Positions 37,329-48,130 of a stretch of DNA of 64,000 nt are shown here, in pieces. Source of the DNA: Eledone cirrhosa (Eukaryota); assembly GCA_964016885.1 (NCBI GenBank), contig OZ024743.1:290842001-290906000 (forward strand), in the 5' to 3' direction. The notes beneath the pieces were generated by a model. The model was not told the DNA's origin and searched no databases. It worked only from the letters and a program-made list of their open reading frames with translations. Position 1 is the first letter of the stretch. Every line of letters starts with the position of its first letter. The translations under genes and the position numbers were made by a program.

Positions 37329-40300
37329 TTCATTCTTAAGCCACGCAATGCTCACATTAAGGAACCACTCATGATAATAACAATTTAAAAACACAGCAAA
37401 AAGAAAACCCCGTGACCAAGAAATACCGGGATGGCGGCCGGCGGGGAATAGCCGTGTCTCTAGGGAAGAACGACCCCTCTAGTCTTGGTTGACACTCGTT
37501 CTAGAAGTGGTAACACGTAATGATTACCCCTTGGCGGATAAGGATAAAACGCGACAAAATAAAGTAAATGTCTAATGATAAAATCTCATACCGGATCGGC
37601 CGTCACCCGGGTAAAAAAGGGCCGCGTCTCTCAGAGAGGAACCAGACTGGGGTCAAAAAATCAGCTAATGGTTCAAACCTTCCCATCACTTCGGAGCTGG
37701 AGACCTCCCATAACCGGAATACTCCTACTGTTGGCCCTCCATGCTCACCACCAAGAAATCCAAAGAAAAAGAGAGAAAAATGGTCAAGGGAAGATAATAA
37801 AGAAGTCCTTGAGGCTTTCTACACTGCCATGTACTACCCATCAAATACATCGAATACAGAACAGACATATATCAACTGGAAAAAGAAACATCCCGAAAAC
37901 AGAGGCTATATTAACAGTAACAAACTAGCCAATATACGAAGAAATATTGTAAGAAAAAAGTTACTAACTGATATAGAAATTGATCAGATCAAGCTATTAG
38001 CACAAAGTCAGCGAAGGGAAAATGAAACATGTGTCAGTGAAAACGAGGTAAACTGTAACACTTCGAATCCCAGGGTTGGGGCGGAATCACTGGCAACAGA
38101 ACAAATTAAAGAAAGGATCGAAAAAGTGGAGGGAGTGCATGCTCAGGATGAAACTCCAAATGAAAATAATGAGATCGTAAATGATAAAGAAATGAATGAG
38201 AATGAACTTGCCAACTTGAAGGATGAAATTATGAACGAATGGATGAAAATGAAAGAATCTGACATGGGGCAACGAGACACCCTCCCTAAGATCCAGAACT
38301 CCAAACAGAACCAAAAGATAATACACAAGACTAACATAATTCTCAAAAACATTATCATCACAAACAAACTAAACATTACTGATTTAAATCATCTCTATTA
38401 TGCATCGGCTAAAGTCACCACTCACTTATGTGGAGTGAAGATGAAAAAACAAAGGAATTCCCACAAGAAATCTACTTGGAAAGAGAACATCAATCGCCAA
38501 ATAAACCTTCTCCGATCTGACATAGAAATTTTAACAAACTATAAAGTAGGTGAACATGTTAAACAAACTAAACTTAGAAAATTGAAAAAAAAGTACAGTA
38601 TAAAATCAACATGTGACATAGACATGCTGATAGAAATAATCAAGCAAAAAGTGTCGGCCAAAGCTGCTCGTATAAGGCGCTTTGAAAAACGATCTAGATT
38701 CTATAAGGACAATAATATGTTCAAAAACAACCAAAGAAACTTCTACAGAAAAATTGGTAAGTCAACAATAACTGCTAAATCAATACCACCCAAAGAGGAA
38801 GTGCAAGAATTCTGGGAAAAGATCTGGGCCGAAGAAAAAGTTCATAACATACATGCCCCATGGATAGACAGACAAATGAAAGATACAGCTCACCTTGAGG
38901 AACAAACATGGGAAAATATAACAGTTGAACAGTTGCGCTTGGCTCTAAGAAAAACCAGCAAATGGAAATCCCCAGAAAAAGACAAAATACAAAACTTTTG
39001 GATAAATGCCTTCACAGAGTCTCATGAGCTGTTAGCCCAACTTTACAATGAAATAGTTAAGGAGCCAGAAAAGATACCTTCATGGCTAGTTAACATCATT
39101 ACATTCCTGCTTCCGAAGAATGATGAGACAAACAATCCCCAAAATTACAGACCGATAACTTGCTTGACCACAATGTATAAAATTTTAACATCAATTCTAA
39201 CTGAATACACATATGACCACCTGATAACAAATGACCTATTTCACATTGAGCAGAAAGGGTGTAAACGAGGCTCATATGGCTGTAAGAATCAGCTTCTGGT
39301 TAACAAAATGATACTGGAAGATTGTCATAATAGACACACAAATCTATCGATTGCTTGGATAGATTATAAAAAAGCATTTGATAGTATGCCACAGTTGGAT
39401 TGAAAAATGTTTAGAGATTTTCAAAGTATCCCCCTTGTCAGGAGGTTTTTGTCATTCAGTATGAAGACATGGAAAACGACACTCTTTTTGAATAGTGAAA
39501 CAAAATCACTGGAAGCTGAAGAAGTTAATATTAATTGTGGAATTTTTCAGGGTGACTCTTTATCACAGCTTTTATTCTGCATCGCACTTATACCATTAAG
39601 TAAAATGCTCAATGAAACAAAACATGGATATAAAGTCTATGACAAAACCATTAATCACCTGTTCTACATGGATGACCTGAAACTATTTGCAAAAAATGAT
39701 GAACAATTGCAAGGGCTATTATCCACTGTGAAGCAGTTCAGTGATGACATTAAAATGGAGTTTGGATTAGATAAATGCGCCAAAGCAACGTTCACCAGAG
39801 GAAAGCTGCTGAAGAGTTCAGACATTAATCTTGATCGGGGGAACGTGATAAGAGAACTTGATCAAGAAAAAACTTACAAATATCTAGGTGTTTGTGAAGG
39901 AGACGGAATCAAGCACTCGACAATGAGGGAAAGGATAAGGAAGGAATGTTACCGCAGAGTAAGAGCAATCTTAAGAACGGATTTGAATGCTAGGAATAGG
40001 ATCGATGCCATAAACACGCTTGCCATACCAGTAGTAACCTACAGTTACAATGTCATCAACTGGTCAAGCACAGAGATCCGTAGGCTCGATACAAAAATTC
40101 GAAAATTCTTAACCATGCACAGAATGCATCACCCTAAGGCAGATATAGATAGAATATATCTCCCTAGGAAAGAAGGAGAACGTGGGTTAATCCAGTTAGA
40201 CATCGCGTTGAAAACTGCAACAATTGGATTATCTACATATCTAAGGGAATCACATGATTGGATGATCAAACTCGTTTTGAAACACGAAAGCATCAAAAGA

Positions 40301-41383
40301 TCATATTCCATTACAAAAGATGCACAAAGATACAGTAATGGACTACAAATTTCAGAAGTCCCATTTACTGCTGAAATGGAAAACACAGAAAAAGCAAAGC
40401 AGGTAAAAGTAACTGCAAAGAAAGAACTGCTACAGAAACTGGCTAAGAAATGGCAAGAAAAGCCTCTGTATGGAAAATACCCAGAGCGAGCTAACAATCC
40501 TGATGTTGACAACACTTTAACCCATCAGTGGTTGGCATCCTCTGGACTGAAATCGGAGACTGAAGGACTGATTATATCCGCACAAGATCAGTGTCTGCCA
40601 ACAAAAAATTACCAAGCCAACATAATAAAAAATGGGTGCAGCCCATTATGCCGTGTATGGAAAAAACCACCAGAGACTATTGACCATATAATTTTAATGT
40701 GCAGTCCTATAGCTCCAACCGAATACCTAAACAGGCATGACAGAGCTGCACAATACATACATTGGATAATGTGTGACCATTTTGACCTGCCCCATCAAAA
40801 GAATTTCTGGGAGCATCAACCACCTCCCATACTTGAAAAATATCACATCTCAATCTTGTGGAACTTTAGCATCCAAACAGACCGAAAAATAGATGCAAAC
40901 AGACCTGATATAATATTGAAAGACTTTCAAAAGAGGGTATGCCTGCTAATTGATATGTCTGTTCCAATAGACAAGAATGTATCTATAAAACATTTGAAAA
41001 ATTGAGCAAGTATAAGGACCTGGCGATAGAAATTGGAAAAATGTGGAAATTGAGAACTAAAACAATACCAGTGGTTGTAGGCGCTCTGGGAATGATACCT
41101 AAGGGGTCTAATGATTACATATCGCAAATCCCAGGAAACCCGCGTATAGGAGAAATACAAAAGATAATACTAATGGGAACTGCCCATATACTAAGGAAGA
41201 TTCTGTCAATATAAGTACATCACAAGTCTAAACGCTAAAGATGCATGTGTGAATATGTATGTTCTTTCTTGAACATAGCGGACCTTGTTGTCTCTTGAGG
41301 TCACTGGTTGTGACTTGGTGATAATTCGTATGAACATAAAGCAAGATAAATGCAACTGTAATAATAATAATAATAATAATAAT
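37329..41383 (+). mobile_element. Near full-length R4/Dong-type non-LTR retrotransposon inserted in (AAT)n
   Basis: A single ancestral ORF encodes RT and RLE. (TAA)n on both sides matches the known target preference of Dong elements. Confidence 0.95.
37568..41214 (+). pseudogene. Dong-like RT-RLE ORF with two frameshifts (near 39392 and 40990)
   Basis: Motifs NYRPITCL, WIDYKKAFD, GIFQGDSLS, FYMDDLKL, RHD, NRPDII...LIDMSVP and KYKDLAIEI. Confidence 0.92.
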
Positions 41384-41389
41384 CTGTTA

Positions 41390-41393
<4 letters not shown>

Positions 41394-41472
<79 letters not shown>
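41394..41472. repeat. (AT)n microsatellite
   Basis: Direct reading. Confidence 0.95.
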
Positions 41473-41479
<7 letters not shown>

Positions 41480-41760
41480 CAGGGCGTCACTATGTGGTGC
41501 CAAGGCTCCCGTCTTTCACATCTAGAATAAGGAGCAGATATTGCAATAACGTGGGGTTCAATGACCCTCAACTCTTTAACAAGCTGCCGACGGATCTGAG
41601 AGATCTGCATGGTGTGGACATGAATTATTTCAAGAAACATCTAAACACCTTGCTATCCAGGATCCCGGATGAGCCCACAGCAAGGCACGAGGGAAATCTA
41701 AGTGGAGCAGCATCGAACTCCCTCTTGCATCAGTGGCCAACCAATACAGCCAGGATGTAA
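41480..41760 (+). mobile_element. CR1/L2-like LINE 3' end remnant
   Basis: PQLFNKLPTDLRDL...FKKHLNTLLSRIPDEP...AASNSLLHQ resembles ORF2 C-termini of the CR1 group. Confidence 0.65.
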
Positions 41761-41779
41761 AATTTGTAGCAACAAGGTC

Positions 41780-43505
41780 GGTACTTACTTGTACTTTACT
41801 TGTGTCGACATTCATCCTGGACGGGTTGAGCCGGCTTCTTCCCTTGTCCTGACGGCATCCCGAACCATGGCAGCCCATGCACGGCGGTCCCGGGATAGGT
41901 CACTGGAAATAGCGAGCCAGTCACGGTTCCATCAGCGCAGACCGACCACCTGCGGACCTGAGAGATCGGAGAGGTCCTCCTTGATCGTCGTTGCCCAGGT
42001 CTTCAGCTGCCCGCCAACGCGCTTGTACCAGTTAGGGATTGGGGGTGGGAGGGGAACATCGCGGATCAGGTCACTCTCAGGGCACCGGGCTGCGTGACCA
42101 AACCATCTCAAGCGCCGTTGCAGAAACACTGAGTGAAGGGGTCGAAGATTCAGGCGAAGACGAAGACTGGAGGTAGGTACCCGATCAACGCATCGGCAGC
42201 GAAGAATGCGGCGGAGACAGTCTTGTCGAAGACCTCCACCCCTCGTTGATCAACTACCATTATAGGCCATGTTTCACAGCCATAGAGGAGGATAGTGCGA
42301 ACGACAGCCTGGTAGATTCGTCCTTTCGTCGCCGAGGTGATCTCTCTTCTGTCCCACAGACACAGCTGGAGGCGCCCTAAAGCGGATCTGGCATAACCTA
42401 GGAGACGTTTGACCTCGGCTGCGCCCTGTCCCGTTGGAACCACTCTTGAGCCCAGGTAAATAAAGGACTCCACATCCTCCAGGTCCACGCTCTCGATAGA
42501 TATTGGCAGCCAGGCATCAGGCGAGACCAGTGACGTCATGACTTTCGACTTGGCGGCATTGATTCGTAGACTAACTGCGGCGGCTGCAGTCTGCACCTTT
42601 TCGAGAGAAGCTTGTACATATGTCCCGTTAGCGCCCATCAGCAAGATGTCATGCGGGTAGGCCAGGTCCGTCACCACGACTCCTCTCCCGACCTCTACGC
42701 CCGGGTAATCCAGGAGCGTTGTGTTGAGAGTGTAGTCAATGGCGTAATTGAAGAGAGTTGGCGAGAGCGCACACCCCTGCCGAACACCGGTCCCAACATC
42801 GAACGAATCCGTCTCCCCACCATAGACCCTCATTCGAGCCCGAGTCGACCGGTAGTAGCATTGTATGAGACGAAGCAGCTTCACTGGGATGCCGTACGCC
42901 TGCATTATACGCCGTAGGGCTTCCCGATCTACCGAGTCGAGGGCAGCTGCAAAGTCGATGAAGCAGAGGACGGTAGGTTTGTGATGTGCCCACCGTTGCT
43001 CTAGGACAAGCCGGAGATTGAAGATTTGATCAACGCACCCCCTCTCCGAACGGAAGCCGCCCTGAAAAGGACGAGTACGGACATCACGGATGGCCGGGTA
43101 CCTCTTCAACAGAAGGATTGCGAAGGTTTTGGCAGCAACGTTAATTAAACTGTCTGTAGTTGGAACACAGTTTCCTGTCGCCTTTTTTGAAGAAGGGTAA
43201 GAGAGATACCACGCTCCAGTCACCAGGGAACCGCTCCGTCGCCCACGCCGAGGAGAAGACTCGATGGAGCCAAGCTGCGAAGACATCAGGCTCGGCCTTG
43301 TAGACCTCAGCTGGAACGCCAAATTCGCCCGGCGCCTTGTGGTTCTGGAGATGTGTCAGGACACTACGTACCGCCTCGACCGTTGGAGGGGCAGTGCTGC
43401 ACACGTATTCTTCTCTGGAAGGCTGCACATGGGTTGGCGTGGTTGGTGGCGGGTGGTTGAGCAGCTCGGAGAAATGGTCCCACCCTCGGACTAGCCGGTC
43501 ATTAA
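41780..43505 (-). mobile_element. 5'-truncated RTE-clade LINE (RT domain, GC-rich)
   Basis: Motifs FFKKGDRKLCSNYR, QGGFRS.RGCVDQIF, GVRQGCALSP, LLYGCETW and RRLRWFGH. The 3' tail is a (caagta)-type short repeat. Confidence 0.9.
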
Positions 43506-43509
43506 GATT

Positions 43510-43578
43510 GACCATTAACAAGGTCGGTGGACCAGCATGGCCTCAGCCGGATGGCTGGAACAGGTAAAAGAGTAAAAT
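43510..43578 (+). mobile_element. 3' tail of an octopod-type SINE
   Basis: aaggtcggtggaccagcatggcctcagcc...tggctggaacaggtaaaagagtaaaa resembles the octopus SINE tail (recognition only). Confidence 0.5.
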
Positions 43579-43592
43579 AGTATATATATATA

Positions 43593-43630
<38 letters not shown>

Positions 43631-43682
43631 AATACATATATATATACATACATATATATTTATATATATATATATATATATA

Positions 43683-43766
<84 letters not shown>

Positions 43767-43834
43767 GAGAGAGGGTGAGAGAGAAGAGAGAGAATGGGGA
43801 GGGATATACGTACAAACATACATATATATATATA

Positions 43835-44432
43835 TCGTTTTCGAGTACGGCCAATACTTTATATCCATGCAGGGGAACTCCTACCGATGCGCTGAACGTG
43901 TGTGACTTTTTAGTCCAGCCAGAGACTTGAACACTCTGATACAAACACTACACTTGTGACAATTATTGACACATAGTGCTGGGCCCATGGTACCATGTGA
44001 CGACAAGTGCAGAGAGATCTCCAGATATAAAGCAATGCCTGTGCCGTGAAGCTTTTAGAGTGAGCAAAGACACTGCACAAAGCCAGTCTCACTCTCTTAA
44101 CCAAGATGATATTTACCAAAAAGAAGGACAAGACAACATCAGTGGATACCATCAGAGTTGCAGGTGTTATAGCAGAGTTTTCCTTCTACTAGAATTCTGA
44201 CTGGACAAAGGCTAAGTGGTCATCTCTCCCGGTGATTTTGGATAGCCATTGACTATTAAGAGCTCCTTTGTCCTTTGACATGTTTTGTTTTTAGTCCTGC
44301 AGGATGTCCAAAGTCACCCTCCTCACCAAGAAACCTTGGTGGGGTTGCCAGTTTAGTCGCCAATGACCCGACCATGATACTGGTTGTACTGGGATACATG
44401 TTACCAGTAGCACCAACTGGTGACCTGACATA

Positions 44433-44466
<34 letters not shown>

Positions 44467-44882
44467 CATACATACATGTGGCTGCCAACTCGTTTTCGAG
44501 TACGGCCACTACTTAATATCCATGTAGGAGAACCCCTACCAATGCGTTAAACGAGTGTGACTTTTTAGTCCTGCCAGCGACTTGAAAACTCTGGTACAAA
44601 CACTACATTTGTGACAATTACTGACACAGTGCTGGGCCCATTGTACCCTGTGATGACAAGTGCAGAGAGATCTCCAGATATAAAGCAATGCCTGTGCTGT
44701 GAAGCTTTTATAGTGAGCAAAGGCACTGCACAAAGCCAGTCCCACTCTCTTAACCAAGATGATATTTACCAAAAAGAAGAACAAGTCAACATCATTGGAT
44801 ACCATCAGGGTTGCAGGTGTTATATCAGAGTTTTCCTTCTCCTAGAATTCTGACTTGACAAAGGCTAAGGGGTCATCTCTCC
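43835..44882 (-). mobile_element. Two tandem copies (43835-44430 and 44490-44882) of an RTE-like 3' end with a C2H2 finger
   Basis: Direct repeat of ~390 bp. The minus strand encodes [19 protein letters not shown]. The copies are separated and followed by (ACAT)n. Confidence 0.7.
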
Positions 44883-45574
44883 ATACATACATACATACAT
44901 ACATACATACATACATACATACATACATACATACATACATACATACATACATACATAAAGCTGTAGGATTTAAAACTGAAAGAAAAAGATTACCCTTGCT
45001 GTGAACAACATAATTATAATTCTAACATTTTCTCGAAACCTTAAAGATAATAATCTCATGCTATGAAAAATATAGAGGAATATCAGTGACTGGATAAAAT
45101 TATCATATCTAAACGACTATCTATTTTTAAATTAAAATATTGATTTATTCATACATAATACATATCTGATCCCTAATATTCGGTTTCAAGCAAAGCTTAG
45201 GAAATTTGTGGATCTCCAAATACCCAGAATTGGAATTTTCACGCAAATCATGTAAGTGAAAAATTAAAACTTATTAGCTATAATAATACACTAAAGAGAT
45301 ATGTCTGATCCAAGGCAGGCTGGCACTACAAACCCAACCAATGAAGATAATAATCCCACCTTCACTGATGGACAGACAGAATGATCAACTAAATTAAATC
45401 TACCAATAAACAACGCACAAAACATCAACATTTTGTGGAAAATTTACAAAACACAGCACGTACAAACAGACTCACAGACGCACACATATATATAATATAT
45501 ATATATATATATAACAAAGGATGGTCCATAATGCACCAAAGTACTCAATATATAGGGTAGTAGAGTGGGTAATA

Positions 45575-45629
45575 GGAACAAGTATGACCCCGACTGCTTG
45601 AGCTCTGCCGTCGGGGTCATACTTGTTCC
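45575..45629. repeat. Perfect 20 bp-arm hairpin abutting (AT)n
   Basis: ggaacaagtatgaccccgac, 15-nt loop, gtcggggtcatacttgttcc. Confidence 0.85.
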
Positions 45630-45647
45630 ACTATATATATATATATC

Positions 45648-45679
<32 letters not shown>

Positions 45680-45730
45680 CAAATAAATAAAAAAATAAAT
45701 ATATAAATATATATATAAACATATACATAT

Positions 45731-45806
<76 letters not shown>

Positions 45807-46071
45807 AAGGTGGGTAATATTGTAGAACAATAAAACTATGCATATATTAGATAAGTACCACTCAACAGTTGGTAGAACTGGAGTATATATAATAAAGAAG
45901 AAATTAAAATATGGTTAAAAGTAAGGTAACATGATATGAGGCATAATACCACTTGTTTACAGGAGAGTGTTAAGTCTACATATGTAGACTTACCACTTTT
46001 GTCCCAGAATGATTTTGTATTCGAAATGCGAATAATAAAATATATGGAACTCTATTAACCGTCTATTTCGT

Positions 46072-46164
<93 letters not shown>

Positions 46165-46293
46165 ATACTTTGGGAGGGTCATGTTGCCAATGAGAAACAC
46201 ACGCACCAGTTGCTTCACTTCAATGTATTATAATAAATTTATAAATTTCTTGTTGGTTGGTTGGTTCCACAACCAGACGATTGTTCATATATT

Positions 46294-46335
46294 GTCAAAT
46301 TCTTTCGTCACACATTATGTGACCTCTTCAGTGAT
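46294..46335 (-). ncRNA. Hammerhead motif (left arm)
   Basis: auca-CUGAAGA-g gucaca uaaug ugugac-GAAA-gaauu-ugac. Confidence 0.55.
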
Positions 46336-46486
46336 TGGGAGTCTTTTCTTTGTTTTTGTGCCTCTTCTTTGTTCTGTCCTACGCCATCTTGTTTTTGTGT
46401 GTGTGTTTTGTGTGACACACACACACAAACAAGATGGCGTAGGACAAAACAAAGGAGAAGCACAAAAACAAAGAAAAGAATCCCCA

Positions 46487-46529
46487 GTCACTGAAGAGGT
46501 CACAAAATGTGTGACGAAAGAACTTTGGC
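46487..46529 (+). ncRNA. Hammerhead motif (right arm)
   Basis: guca-CUGAAGA-g gucaca aaaug ugugac-GAAA-g aa c-UU-uggc. Confidence 0.6.
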
Positions 46530-46840
46530 CATATATAAACAATCATCTGGTTCTGGAACCAACGAACCAACCAGAAATTTATAAATTCCTAAATTTATAA
46601 ATTTATTATAATAAATTGAAGTGAAATTCACTGGTACGTGTGTTTCTTATTGGCAACATGACCCTCCCAAAGTATAACAATATCGGTTTCAACACACGTT
46701 TTCAGATAGAGAATCTTGCTAAACAAATTCAGAAACGAAATATATATATATATGTAAAGGTTAAACATGAATAACAACATAATCGGTACAGTATATGGAA
46801 GGTATATATTAGGTTAACGCTTGATATAGTACGAAGATGG

Positions 46841-46876
46841 TCTTAACGTTTCGGACGCTAGTCCTTCATCAGAAAA
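46841..46876 (-). ncRNA. Canonical minimal hammerhead in an orphan pLTR fragment
   Basis: uuu-CUGAUGA-a ggac uagc gucc-GAAACGUUA-aga, with palindromic AACGUU. The fragment lies between (AT)n tracts. Confidence 0.72.
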
Positions 46877-47270
46877 AAAGAATGATATATAAAAGAGATT
46901 GAGGGGACGGGTGGGATGGTATAGGAAAAAAATGTATATATATACAGTATATATATATATATATATATATATACTTATATATATAGTGTATTGTTACCAC
47001 CAGGGGGAAAGACATATAGACTGTGAAAGGTAGGAAAAAAACATTATAATCAAAACCATATTCTTTTCGTGCATTCTCTCCTCTATATTTGGAATAGCCC
47101 GGAATAATGTCCTCGAGCTCATTATATTACAGGGAACAACGCGATCCCTTTATTCTGTTGCGTCATATGATTTCATATATATATATATAAGTAAAGAACA
47201 AAAAGCAAAAACAATACCAAAGAGAGCAGTACGAAAAGTGTGGTATTACGTTTCATAGTGGGGGGTGGGG

Positions 47271-47304
47271 GACGACGTTTCAGGCATACACCCTTCATCA
47301 GGGG
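47271..47304 (-). ncRNA. Hammerhead motif in an orphan PLE 3' fragment (~47190-47895)
   Basis: CUGAUGA-agg guguaug ccu-GAAAC guc GUC. Stem I is not complementary, so it is probably decayed. Confidence 0.5.
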
Positions 47305-48130
47305 AAAAGTGGGAAGGAAAAGAGTTCCGAGGGTGTGAGGGGGAGTGGTGCACATACATAAAAAGGGTAGAAAAATAAAATGAAGGAAAAAATAAAAAGA
47401 CGCGAACAAAATTAAAATGAAAACAAGTGGTGAAAGGGTGTCAGGCGTGTAGAGGTTGTGGTGCGTGGATGGAGGGAGGGGTGGGTAGAATGAAACATGG
47501 GAGGGTGGAAGGTGGTGTGTGTGTGTAGGCTTACGTGTGTGTGTATGTGTGTATGTGAGTGTGAGAGTTTGGGGAAGAACCAAGTTCCTTGTTCGGATAA
47601 TAGGAAGACCAGTGTGTACATCAGGTGGAGTATAAGTCAGTGTATATGTGTGCGTGTTGAAGGAGAAGGCGCGGAGAGGGGCGTGCGGAGTCCGGAGGCC
47701 GAGTAGGTGTATGCGAGGATACGCACGTGTGTGTGTGTGTCTTGTGTAGTGTGGATATGTGGAAAAGCATCGTTGCGTGTGTGCGAAAATAGTGTAAGTG
47801 TTTGTGTATGTGTTCCTGACTATGTTCCCTGTGAGTGTATGTACAGATTGTGAAAAAATCAGGGTATAAGAAGCTGGATGTCCAGAGCGTGTGATATATA
47901 TATATATACCATATTTTTAATATCATATCCCTGAAATATATATAATGAAATAAATATGGTTTTATAAATATAGTTTCCATTTATTTAATATCGTAAATAT
48001 ACTCCAAATACTTGTTGAGTGCTTTTATATCAGTTATAAATATTTACTCGTTGTAACACAACAATTTAATTAAAACTTTGCATATATCTTGCTCCAATAC
48101 TGTTGAGCGCTTTATATTATAACTGAAAAA

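Larger units (their letters stand above)
46160..46740. mobile_element. Palindromic non-autonomous element made of two inverted PLE C-family pLTRs
   Basis: 46160-46680 is a ~520 bp imperfect palindrome centred near 46413 and homologous to 18800-19075. (AT)n on both flanks. Confidence 0.88.

Noticed and set aside
45971-45992. Perfect 22-bp palindrome taagtctacatatgtagactta
   Set aside because: Isolated, with no associated ribozyme or terminator context, and unremarkable in a palindrome-rich window.
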